64,000 nucleotides of DNA from an uncultured delta proteobacterium (lineage in GTDB: Bacteria; Desulfobacterota; Binatia; UBA9968), in contig CAVUVW010000015.1 of the NCBI GenBank assembly GCA_963745035.1, positions 64,001-128,000 of the forward strand, in the 5' to 3' direction. Below the pieces are notes generated by a model that was not told the origin of the DNA, did not search any database, and saw only the letters and a list, made by a program, of their open reading frames with translations. Both the position numbers and the translations under genes were made by a program. Positions within the stretch are counted from its first letter, which is position 1; each line of letters starts with the position of its first letter. Shown piece after piece: positions 29,003 to 37,901 of this stretch.

Positions 29003-29676
29003 GGATGTTCTGCCGGATCGCCTTCGTCCGAGCTCACTCGACCGCCGTCGACGCGCAGCACTTTTCGCGCGACGTGTTTTACCATACGCAGATCGTGGCT
29101 CGAGAAAAACACGGCGATGTTTTCATCGCGGCTCAAGTGGACGAGCAGATCGCTGATCGCCTTCTGCGATTCGGGATCGCAGCCGGCGAGCGGTTCGTCC
29201 AGAATAAGAATTTTCGGCTCGACCATAAGTGCGCGCGCGATCAGCATACGCTGGCGTTGCCCGCCCGAGAGAGAAAAAAACAGCCGCCCGGCGAGCTGGC
29301 TCAAACCGACTTGTTGGAGGGCCTTGTCCAAGCGCTTCCTTTCGACGGCGGGAAACATCTGATGCGGTTTCAGCCGGCCATATCCTCCCATTTCGACCAC
29401 TTCGCGCGCGGTGATGGGAAACGCCGAGTCCAACGCCGCGCTTTGCGGCACGTAGCCGATCTCGTTGAGCGCGCAGTTACGGACCAGCGAGCCGCCGAGA
29501 ATCGGTAGAAATCCGAGGATCGATCGGAACAGCGTCGTCTTGCCCGAGCCATTCGGCCCGGCGATCGCAATAAGATCGCCGGCGCGGATGTCGAGATCCA
29601 CGTCTCTGAGAATCGCAGCATCTTCGTATCCCAACGTCGCTCCACGAAGGCTGACCACAGGGAGCGCGTCAGCCAT
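28996..29676 (-). CDS. Metal ABC transporter ATPase (ZnuC-like)
   Basis: GPNGSGKTT; IGYVPQ; LSGGQRQR; LILDEP; SSHDL. Confidence 0.92.
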   Translation of the reverse strand: MADALPVVSLRGATLGYEDAAILRDVDLDIRAGDLIAIAGPNGSGKTTLFRSILGFLPILGGSLVRNCALNEIGYVPQSAALDSAFPITAREVVEMGGYGRLKPHQMFPAVERKRLDKALQQVGLSQLAGRLFFSLSGGQRQRMLIARALMVEPKILILDEPLAGCDPESQKAISDLLVHLSRDENIAVFFSSHDLRMVKHVARKVLRVDGGRVSSDEGDPAEHPW

Positions 29677-29721
29677 CCAAGCCCTCCTGCGATTTGATCG
29701 GCTCGAACATCGGCCAGACTT

Positions 29722-30648
29722 TTAACCCTTTTTCACGGCAGCGAGCAAACTCCGCACGTTGTGGTCGATAAATTTGATATAGGTGTCGGTCTCGGCGGAT
29801 CCCCCGGCAATCTGCTGTAGTCGTACCACGGTGGCGCCGGTTTGGCTTGCCAATTGGCGCGGAAACCGATCGCTCTGCGGCCCGTAGATGATGAGCTGCA
29901 CTTTTTCCTGCTGCATCCTTTGCGCCAGCGCGACCAAGTGATTCGGCGTCGGCTCGATGCCCGGTTTGAGCTCAATCATGCCGATCTGATGCAAGCCGAA
30001 CCGATCGGCGAAGTAGCTCCAGTCGCGATGGTACGAAACAAACTTGACGCCCTTGAGCGGCGCCGCCATGCTCTGCCAACGCGCCATCGCCTTCTCCAAC
30101 TCGTCGAGGTAGCCGGCCAGGTTCTTCTCGAAGACATTCTTGTGCTGAGGATAATTGCGCGCCAACCCCGCCGCGATGTTGCGCGCCATGGTTCTGCCGC
30201 TGGCAGGATCCAAATTGTAGTGCGGGTTGCCCTTGGGATGCACGTCCCCTTCCGAACGATCCAGGGACTGCGGCACTTCGACAACGTTGATGCCTGTCGA
30301 ACAGTCGATATGGGCGGCTTGACCAGGCAAAATTTTCACGTTGCTGGCGACCTCCAACAACGCTGGCAGCCACGATATTTCCAAGTCGAGCCCCATCACG
30401 ACCAGGATATCGGCGCGATTGAGCCGCGGCACGAAGCTTGGCTTCACCGGCACCGCATGCATGTATTCCACGCCTCGGGTGAGGCTCTCGACGTCGACGA
30501 GCTCTCTGCCGATCTGTTTCGTCATGTCCGCCAGCTCGGGCGTCGTCGTGATCACGCGAATTTTCTGCGCGTGAGCCGGAAGCGCAAAGCCGCCGATCAT
30601 GACCGCCATGATGACGATTAATAAAAAATTTCTCCGAAATGCGTTCAT
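29722..30648 (-). CDS. Cluster A-I metal-binding protein (ZnuA-like)
   Basis: Signal peptide; His ligands YMHAV, DVHPKGNPHY and SYHRDW; ELKPGIEPTPNH. Confidence 0.9.
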   Translation of the reverse strand: MNAFRRNFLLIVIMAVMIGGFALPAHAQKIRVITTTPELADMTKQIGRELVDVESLTRGVEYMHAVPVKPSFVPRLNRADILVVMGLDLEISWLPALLEVASNVKILPGQAAHIDCSTGINVVEVPQSLDRSEGDVHPKGNPHYNLDPASGRTMARNIAAGLARNYPQHKNVFEKNLAGYLDELEKAMARWQSMAAPLKGVKFVSYHRDWSYFADRFGLHQIGMIELKPGIEPTPNHLVALAQRMQQEKVQLIIYGPQSDRFPRQLASQTGATVVRLQQIAGGSAETDTYIKFIDHNVRSLLAAVKKG

Positions 30649-30673
30649 GCTAATGTCTCCTTTCCCGTCGAGA

Positions 30674-31924
30674 TCAGCGGGTACGAAAGCCATGCGTGTG
30701 GCTGCCCAGCACCGTGGTCCATTGCAAGAAAAACTGGTGGCCGCGCTCAGATTTCTCCTCGCGCACCTGGTCATCCAGGTAGCTGTACTGAAAGCGTAGC
30801 CGGTTAAATTCGCTCAGGTTCCAAGTGATGAATGGAGAGTAGCCGATGGTCTTTTTGCCGGGGCTGGCCAGACTCGGCGCGTTGTCGTAGAGAAACCCCG
30901 CGGCCCACTCGCGATTGAGCTTTGCTTCGGCGTAGGCGTAGCCGCCGGGGGCAAACATGCGGCGAAATCCCGACGCGCGCTCGACCCGCTCGCTGTTGCC
31001 GAAAAACTCAGCGCCCAAAGTGAGGCCTTCATAAAGCGTGCTGCCCAAGGGCTGATAGCGATAGGTCAAGTCGACTCCCGTCAAAGTCCGATCGCCGCCT
31101 TCAGGATCGGACGGAATGCGGATCGACGGCGTGAACGCCAGGCTGGAGCCCAATTCGATGCTGTGATTGTCGGCGAGGTCGAAATAGGTCTGCAATCTGC
31201 CAAGATAAGTGAAACGGCTCCAGGTGCGCGATTTGGTGTCGTCGAGGCGCTCGTTCTCGGCGCCGAGCTTGTTGTAACCGCCCACGGTGGCACGCAGAAA
31301 AAACGGCGTCGGAAAGAGATAGTTGAGCTCGACGCCGTCGGCTTTGGACTCGCCGCCGACGATCCGCTCCAATGATAACGGCGTGTTGACGAACGCGTAT
31401 TCATGCGGATGAAACTTGGCCAAGCGGCCGAAGTCGGCGAAGAAGCGCCCGGCGCGCACCTGCATGTTCCACGGCAGCGAGGTGGTGACGATCGCCGCTT
31501 CTTCAACCTCGAACTCGTCCTTGCTGCCGGTGAAGAACGCATAGGCGCGGGCGTAGGGGTCGACGGAAGCGGAAATGCCGAGCTCCGCGGCGCGGAAGTT
31601 GAAATCGCCGCCGGTTTTGGCGCGATGTTCCGCGGTAGCGTCGATGGCCATGCCGATGGCAGGGTTCAGCGCCGAGGGCGCGCTCCGTGAAGCCTGCAGG
31701 GATTTCTCGACGCTCGCGACCTTGCTGTTGGCGCTCGCGCGCTCCCGCTCCAACTGCTCGATCCGCTCGGCCATCTTGTTCATGTTCGCCTGCATCTCGG
31801 CCATCTGCCGTTTGAGCAGTTCGACGATCTCGTTCTGAGCTTCGCTCGGCGACGGGCGCCACAGCACCAACACCGGCGCCAGCGCCACAAGCAAAACAAT
31901 CATTTTTGCCAATGACGTGTTCAT
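30674..31924 (-). CDS. Outer-membrane beta-barrel with His motifs (putative metal porin/receptor)
   Basis: Signal peptide, coiled coil, alternating beta-strand pattern; NPAIG, VDPY, HPHEYAF, SEFNRLRFQY, C-terminal GSHTHGF. Confidence 0.8.
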   Translation of the reverse strand: MNTSLAKMIVLLVALAPVLVLWRPSPSEAQNEIVELLKRQMAEMQANMNKMAERIEQLERERASANSKVASVEKSLQASRSAPSALNPAIGMAIDATAEHRAKTGGDFNFRAAELGISASVDPYARAYAFFTGSKDEFEVEEAAIVTTSLPWNMQVRAGRFFADFGRLAKFHPHEYAFVNTPLSLERIVGGESKADGVELNYLFPTPFFLRATVGGYNKLGAENERLDDTKSRTWSRFTYLGRLQTYFDLADNHSIELGSSLAFTPSIRIPSDPEGGDRTLTGVDLTYRYQPLGSTLYEGLTLGAEFFGNSERVERASGFRRMFAPGGYAYAEAKLNREWAAGFLYDNAPSLASPGKKTIGYSPFITWNLSEFNRLRFQYSYLDDQVREEKSERGHQFFLQWTTVLGSHTHGFRTR

Positions 31925-32007
31925 AATTCGGTCTCCCAAAATAAGACTCCGCCCCTCCCAACCGGGCCGGAGGGACAGCGTCGACAATCCTGCGAAACTT
32001 TCTGAAA

Positions 32008-32313
32008 CTAGCGGGAGACCGGACGCGGAGGGGCGCGGCTGGACGGAATGCGTACCGAGTGATTATCGAAATCGACCTGGGCAACCGGAACGACTTCGTT
32101 CGCGGCGAGCAAAGGCACGCAGTACGAAGGCGCGCTGGTTAGACCTGCCTGAGCGCGGCTGCCATGCAAGCAAGCGCACTCTTTGGTGACCTGGGGTGCG
32201 GCGGCCGATACCGCATGAAAATGCAGCGGCAGGAAAAAAACCGCGAGCAGAAGACAAACGCTGAGCCAGCGCGGCGCGCAAGCAATCGTCGGCCGGGACG
32301 GATCAGCGCTCAT
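32008..32313 (-). CDS. DUF2946/CruR/CutF-like regulatory uORF with RAPP arrest motif
   Basis: Hydrophobic segment WLSVCLLLAVFFLPL, HFH, ECACLH, C-terminal SSRAPPRP; ends 83 nt upstream of the OM transporter gene. Confidence 0.78.
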   Translation of the reverse strand: MSADPSRPTIACAPRWLSVCLLLAVFFLPLHFHAVSAAAPQVTKECACLHGSRAQAGLTSAPSYCVPLLAANEVVPVAQVDFDNHSVRIPSSRAPPRPVSR

Positions 32314-32321
32314 GATTTGCT

Positions 32322-32350
32322 CTGATAGCCCAGCGCCTCCGGCTTGTCAA
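32322..32350 (-). promoter_or_regulatory. Sigma70 promoter for the uORF/metal-uptake operon
   Basis: TTGACA-N17-TATCAG; the uORF ATG starts 8 nt after the -10 box and has no SD. Confidence 0.6.
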
Positions 32351-32499
32351 TTCGGCGGCCGCTCGACGGCGCCCTACGGTCTCTCGGTGCGCGGAACCCG
32401 ATTGGCCATTGGCGCGCAAACGAGTAGAATCGTGCAACTTTCGTTGACGTGGCGAATCGTGGCGATTCGATGAAGACTGCAGATCAGTCTAGCTCTGGA

Positions 32500-32527
32500 G
32501 TAAACCTCTCGGGGTCATGCGCGTCTA
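32500..32527 (+). promoter_or_regulatory. Putative autoregulatory ECF promoter
   Basis: GTAAAC-N16-CGTCTA (AAC/CGT pattern of ECF promoters) upstream of the ECF sigma gene. Confidence 0.6.
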
Positions 32528-32688
32528 AGCTCGGTAGACGCTACAGCGCAACCCCGGAAGAATACCGACGTGCTTCATCGAACCATGAGCCTTGGCGGCG
32601 AGTCAGAGGAGCGTACGGGAGCTGCGCGGAGCGTGCTTCAGGATTTTCGCCGAGCCATGCCGCGGGCGTGGAGAGTTAGGGAACCCAG

Positions 32689-33347
32689 GTGGTTTCGCTT
32701 GGCCTAGGGCGTGCGATTTCGCACCGCTCGCCCGCGAGCAGCTTCTCCAGCGACCCAGCAGAGAAAAACCGGAGCCCATCGGTGAATCCTGGGGATGAAG
32801 AGTTGGTGGCGTCGGCCCGGCAGTGGCGATCGCCGAGCTTTCGAGGAACTGGTCGAGCGCCACAAGCGCCGCGCCTATCATATTGCGTTCGACTTCACCC
32901 GCGACGGCGAGGACGCCAAGGATTTGTCTCAGGAGGCTTTCTTGAAAGCCTTTATCAATTTAAAAAATTTCGACGGTCGATCGAGCGTTCTATACCTGGT
33001 TTTACCGCATCCTGGTGAACCTTTGCCTGGACTACAAGCGGCGCCACAAGCGGGCGCCCGCAGCGGAGTTCGACGAAACGGCGGTCGGCCAAATGGAGCC
33101 GTCCCACGAGCCGGCGCGGCCGCGCTCGCCGGAACAGCAAGTGCTGGCGCGGCAGATCTCGGCCAAGGTCGGCGCTGCGCTGGAAGCGCTGCCGGCCAGG
33201 CAGCGCGTCGCCTTCGTGCTCAAGAATCACCAAGGACTTTCGATCAAGGAAATCGCCGAGCTGATGGACACCGCCGAAGGCACGGTGAAAGTCCACCTGC
33301 ATCGCGCCGTGACGGCGCTCAGAGAACGCCTCGCGGAATTCGCCTAG
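32689..33347 (+). CDS. ECF RNA polymerase sigma factor (two frameshifts; start uncertain)
   Basis: DEELVASA / GDRRAFEELVERH...DAKDLSQEAFLKAF / YTWFYRILVNLCLD...ALEALPARQR...LSIKEIAELMDTAEGTVKVHLHRA. Confidence 0.9.
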
Positions 33348-33357
33348 GAGATCGGCC

Positions 33358-33876
33358 ATGACGGAAACGACTCCACAACTGCTGGCCCCGTGCGCGGAGC
33401 GGGAAGAAAATCTGGTGCTGCTGCATTACGGCGATCTCGGCGGCGCCGAACGCGCCGACCTGCACGCTCACGTTCAAGGCTGCGCTCCTTGCGCGGCCTA
33501 CCTGAAGGATCTCGGAGCCCTCATGCCCTTGACAATCGCGGCGGGCGAGCCGCCGCCAAGCTTCTGGACCGACTATAACCGCGAGCTCCGGCACAAGATC
33601 GACGCCGTCGTCGAGAGAAAAACCTGGTCGCAAAAACTTGCGGCTTTTTTTCAGCCCCGTTGGATGCCCGCGCTCGCGACCGCGGCGATGGTCGCGCTCG
33701 CCCTGACGTTCACCGTGGGCCGCGGGATCTGGACGTCGAGTGATCCGGCGCGGGAGGACGCGGCGCTCATCGAGGTCCTGCCGGTGGCGGAGAACCTGGA
33801 ATTTTTTAATGCCATGGAAGTCCTCGACAACCTCGATGTGTTGGAATCCATGGCCGGCCAAGGCGATGCCGCGTGA
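33358..33876 (+). CDS. Zinc-finger (ZAS, zf-HC2) transmembrane anti-sigma factor
   Basis: HVQGCAPC (HxxxCxxC); TM WMPALATAAMVALALTF; acidic periplasmic tail; directly follows the sigma gene. Confidence 0.85.
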   Translation: MTETTPQLLAPCAEREENLVLLHYGDLGGAERADLHAHVQGCAPCAAYLKDLGALMPLTIAAGEPPPSFWTDYNRELRHKIDAVVERKTWSQKLAAFFQPRWMPALATAAMVALALTFTVGRGIWTSSDPAREDAALIEVLPVAENLEFFNAMEVLDNLDVLESMAGQGDAA

Positions 33877-34069
33877 GCTCGCGGCCGCGGCAGTCGCGGC
33901 GATCAGACACCCCAGCCGCCGATCACAACTGTTAAGAGTGATCGATTTCCGACGTCCGACAGAGATGACATAGCAAATGAAAGACGGGACATGCATCATC
34001 GGGAAGAGCGCGGAGCGCGGCGAGTGCGCCGCACAAAGCCGCGCCGGTAAGAAACCGGAGACCTATGAA

Positions 34070-34702
34070 GTGAGCCTATTGTTAAAATCCATCGGCGCGC
34101 TTTGCCTTGTCTTGCTGATCGCCGCCGCGGCGCACGGCCAAGCGGCGCCGCGGGGCGCCGCGCCGGCGCAAGCCGACAAGGATGCGCTCGAAAGGTGGCA
34201 GCGCATGCCTCCCGAGCAAAAGCAGGAGCTGCGCGAGCGCTATCAGCGCTGGCAAAACCTGGCGCCTGACGAAAAAGCAGAGCTACGGCAAAAGTTGGAA
34301 ACCTGGCGCAGCCTTCCACCGGAAGAAAAAGCGCAGGCACGGAAGAACTTCGAGCGCTGGCAGAATCTCACCCCCGAACAGCGCGAGCGCTTGCGGGAAC
34401 GCTGGCAGCGCTGGCGCGAGTTGCCGCCCGAGCGCCGCGCAGAGCTCAAACGGCGCTTGGACAAGCTGCGCGAGTTGCCGCCCGAAGAACGGCGCGAGCT
34501 CCGGCAAAAACTTTTGGAACAGCGCGAGCGGCTTTCGCCCGAGGAAAAGCAAGAATGGCGCGAAAAGATGCGCGAACGCTTTCAGCGCCTCTCGCCCGAG
34601 GAAAAGCGCGACATTCGCGAAAAGCGCCGCGAGCTGCGCGAGCGGGGCGCGATTGAAGAAAGCAAACAATTGCGCGAAGCGTTCGCGCGAGAAAGCTCCT
34701 AA
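34070..34702 (+). CDS. Periplasmic helical-repeat protein, DUF3106-like
   Basis: Signal peptide (AAAHG-QA) then ~21-aa repeats W-x-x-L-(P/S/T)-P-E-(E/Q)-(K/R). GTG start at 34070 after GGAG is inferred. Confidence 0.8.
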   Translation: MSLLLKSIGALCLVLLIAAAAHGQAAPRGAAPAQADKDALERWQRMPPEQKQELRERYQRWQNLAPDEKAELRQKLETWRSLPPEEKAQARKNFERWQNLTPEQRERLRERWQRWRELPPERRAELKRRLDKLRELPPEERRELRQKLLEQRERLSPEEKQEWREKMRERFQRLSPEEKRDIREKRRELRERGAIEESKQLREAFARESS

Positions 34703-34715
34703 GGAGGACTAAGCC

Positions 34716-36122
34716 GTGGCCGCGCAACTGACCCAGGAGCAGCGCATTCTCCACTTTCTCAACCGCACGAGCTTCGGCGCGACGTCCAGGACGGTTGAGC
34801 GGGCAAGCCGGATCGGCATCCGCGCCTATCTCGACGAACAGTTGGCGCCGCAGGCCATCGCCGACAACGCCGTGGACGAAAAGGTCGCCGGGCTCAAGAC
34901 CATGCGCATGAGCAGCCGCGAGCTTTATGAGCTCTATCCGCCCGCCAACGTCGCCAAGGAGCGCGGCATGGCGACCGGCCCGATGAACGCGCCGCGCGTG
35001 GTCATTTTTGAGCTGCAGCAGGCGCGGCTTTTGCGCGCCGTCGAGAGCGAGCGCCAGCTCTACGAGCTGATGGTCGACTTCTGGAGCAACCACTTCAACG
35101 TCTTCGCCGCCAAAGGCGCCGACCGCTGGCTCATGACTGCCTACGACCGCGATACGATCCGGCCCCACGCCCTCGGCAAGTTCCGCGAGCTGTTGCGCGC
35201 CACGGCCGAGAGCCCGGCGATGCTTTTCTATCTCGACAACTGGCTGAGCGTAAGTCCCAACGGCGCGGCCGCGCGCATGGCGGCGAACACGCGCCGCCGC
35301 GGCATCAACGAAAACTATGCGCGCGAGATCATGGAGCTCCACACCCTGGGCGTGGACGGCGGCTACAGCCAGCGCGACGTTCACGAAATCGCCCGCTGCT
35401 TTACCGGTTGGACCTTGCGCCGGCCGCGCGGCGAAGCCGCGTTTTACTTCGATTCCCGGCTGCACGACCTCGGCGCCAAGACTGTCCTGGGCACACAAAT
35501 ACCGGCCGGCGGCGGCATGGAGGACGGCCTCAAAGTCATCGATCTGCTGGCGCGCCATCCGGCCACGGAAAAGTTCATCGCGAAAAAACTCGTGCGCCGC
35601 TTCGTCGCCGACGAGCCGCCCGCTGCTCTGGTCGAGCGCGCCGCCGAGGCATTTCGCCGCAGCGACGGCGATATCCGGGTTGTCATCCGGAGCATCGTCG
35701 AGGCGCCGGAGTTCTTTTCTTCGGAGTTCTACCAAGCCAAAATCAAAAAACCGCTGGAATACGTCGCCAGCGCGCTGCGCTTGATGGAAGCGGAAACCCA
35801 AGTCACGCCGCAGCTCCTGCGCTATCTCGCGCGCATGGGCGAGCCACTTTTTCTGGCGCAGCCGCCGACCGGCTACCCCGACGTCGGCTCCTCCTGGATC
35901 AGCCCCGATATGTTGCTGACGCGCATGAACTTTGCCGCCGATCTGGTCGCCAACCGGGTCAACGGCGCGCGCCTGCCAGCGCCGCCCGCCGACGCGCAGA
36001 GCTTTGTCCGGTTGATCGCGCCCGACGCGCTTTCTTCGGCGACGCGCGCGGCGCTCGCCGAAACCACCGGGCCCGACGGGCTGGCGCTGCTTCTCGCCGC
36101 GCCGGAATTTCAGCGGAGGTAA
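34716..36122 (+). CDS. DUF1800 family protein
   Basis: HFLNRTSFG; QLYELMVDFWSNHFNV; PAMLFYLDN; NENYAREIMELHTLG; APEFQRR. Confidence 0.93.
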   Translation: MAAQLTQEQRILHFLNRTSFGATSRTVERASRIGIRAYLDEQLAPQAIADNAVDEKVAGLKTMRMSSRELYELYPPANVAKERGMATGPMNAPRVVIFELQQARLLRAVESERQLYELMVDFWSNHFNVFAAKGADRWLMTAYDRDTIRPHALGKFRELLRATAESPAMLFYLDNWLSVSPNGAAARMAANTRRRGINENYAREIMELHTLGVDGGYSQRDVHEIARCFTGWTLRRPRGEAAFYFDSRLHDLGAKTVLGTQIPAGGGMEDGLKVIDLLARHPATEKFIAKKLVRRFVADEPPAALVERAAEAFRRSDGDIRVVIRSIVEAPEFFSSEFYQAKIKKPLEYVASALRLMEAETQVTPQLLRYLARMGEPLFLAQPPTGYPDVGSSWISPDMLLTRMNFAADLVANRVNGARLPAPPADAQSFVRLIAPDALSSATRAALAETTGPDGLALLLAAPEFQRR

Positions 36123-36124
36123 TT

Positions 36125-37346
36125 ATGAATCGCTCGCGCCGGACCATTCTCAAATCCGCCGGGCTCGGGTTTCTCGCCCTCGGCCTGCCGCCGCCGTTTC
36201 TGGTCCGCGCCGCGGGCGCAGAGCAAGGCGCGCGCGGCAAAGTGCTGGTGGTGATCTTCCAGCGCGGCGGCATGGACGGGCTCAACGTCGTGGTGCCGTT
36301 CAAAGACGCCGCGTACTACGCCCTGCGCCCGACCATCGCCATCGCCGAGCCGGCGGCCGGCGAAGAGCGCGCCGTCGATCTGGACGGCTTTTACGCTCTT
36401 CATCCGGCGCTCGCGCCGCTTAAAACTTTTTACGACAAAGGCGAGCTCGCGATCGTTCACGCCGCCGGCTCGCCGGACAACACGCGCTCGCACTTCGACG
36501 CTCAGGATTCCATGGAGCTCGGCACGCCGGGCATCAAGAATACGCCGGACGGCTGGCTCAATCGCTGTTTGGGCAGCGCGCCGAAAAGCGACTCGCCGTT
36601 TCGCGGCGTCGCGGTCAGCCCGCAAACGCCGCGCATTCTCGCCGGCGCCGCGCCGTCCCTGACGCTTTCGTCGATCGAAGAGTTCCGCTTGCGCAGTGCG
36701 AGCGCCGGCGCGGCGTTGCAGAAACTCTACGCCAACTCCGCCGACCCGCTGTTTCGCCGCGGCGGCGGCAACCTGTTCGACGCGCTGGCGCGGCTCCGCG
36801 CCGTCGAGGCCAAGATTCCGCCGAGCACCGCCAGCCTATCCGGCCGGCAGATTCGCCGTGGGGCTAAAACAGATTGCCCGGCTGATCAAGGCGGATGTCG
36901 GGCTGGAAATCGCCTTCCACGAGATCGAAGGATGGGACACCCATGTCGCCGAAGGCGGCGCCACCGGACAGATGGCCAATCGACTGAAGGAGCTCGGCGA
37001 CGGCCTTGCCGCCTTCTGCCAGGACCTCGGCGAGCGCATGGAAGACGTTGTCGTCGTCACCATGTCCGAGTTCGGCCGCACGGCGCGCGAGAACGGCAGC
37101 CGCGGCACCGACCACGGCCACGCCAACGTGATGTTCGTCATGGGCGCGAAAGTGCGCGGCGGCAAAGTCTACGGCCGCTGGCCCGGCCTCGCGCCGGAGG
37201 TTCTGTACGAAGGCCGCGATCTCGATTTGACCACCGATTATCGAGCGGTGTGCGGCGAAGTGCTGGCGCGCCATTTGGGCCAGCGTGATAGTGGCAAGAT
37301 TTTTCCTGGTTTCCGCGGAAATACGCCAATCGGGTTGATCGTCTAG
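36125..37346 (+). CDS. DUF1501 family protein with Tat-like signal (frameshift near 36830)
   Basis: MNRSRRTILK; VVIFQRGGMDGLN; RSHFDAQD; GWDTH; TMSEFGRT; GTDHG; DYRAV. Confidence 0.9.
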
Positions 37347-37356
37347 TCAAACGCCG

Positions 37357-37676
37357 TCAAGAATTTTCTCCTCGGCGTTTTCGATATAATGACCAATCTT
37401 TGCGCGCCGCTCGTTTCAACTCATCAACATTGCCGCCGATCAACGCCACTTTCTTCCTGCGGCTCCACTTTTTGATTTGGGCGTCCGTCGCCTTCGCTTC
37501 TTCCCGGGTTTGAAATTCTTGAAACCAGACGAGCTGCACCGGTTGCCGGGTCGCGGTGTAACCGATGTACCCGCCGCTCAATGCTGCGCCATCCGCCGCT
37601 CGATCTCGTCGGTATGGCCGACGTAATAGGATCCATCCGAGCACCGCAGCATGTACGTGAAAAACGGCCGGGCCAT
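37357..37676 (-). CDS. GIY-YIG nuclease, UPF0213/YhbQ-like (one frameshift)
   Basis: MARPFFTYMLRCSDGSYYVGHTDEIERRMAQH then, after a 1-nt shift, SGGYIGYTATRQPVQLVW...QIKKWSRRKK. Confidence 0.82.
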
Positions 37677-37719
37677 GATCCGCCAAAGCAATCATCCGGA
37701 GTTTGTCAAAGCATCCTGC

Positions 37720-37890
37720 CCCTCGATACGCGGCCAAAACGCGGCCGCTACTCGGGGAATCGGAAACGCGACTCGATTCGCAAACGCTATTTCGCAAGTT
37801 CCCACGTGCCCACCCTAGTCCATACCAGGGAGCACGAGTATGCAATGCACCAATCCGATTTCCCGAGTAGCGCGCAGCGCGTAACGAGGG
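37720..37890. repeat. Inverted REP doublet (REPIN-like)
   Basis: Left arm CCCTCGATACGCG-gccaaaacgcggc-CGCTACTCGGGGAATCGGA (37720-37764); right arm reverse complement CCCTCGTTACGCG-ctgcg-CGCTACTCGGGAAATCGGA (37854-37890). Confidence 0.78.
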
Positions 37891-37901
37891 ACTCCTTCCG
37901 T

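Noticed and set aside
34190-34640. Periodic ~63-bp pattern that could suggest a CRISPR or DNA repeat array
   Set aside because: Degenerate protein-level repeats of the DUF3106-like ORF; no identical repeats with unique spacers and no cas genes.
35408-37288. 626-aa ORF suggesting a DUF1800-DUF1501 fusion
   Set aside because: Artefact of an open upstream frame plus a frameshift; DUF1800 stops at 36122 and DUF1501 has its own ATG and Tat-like leader at 36125.
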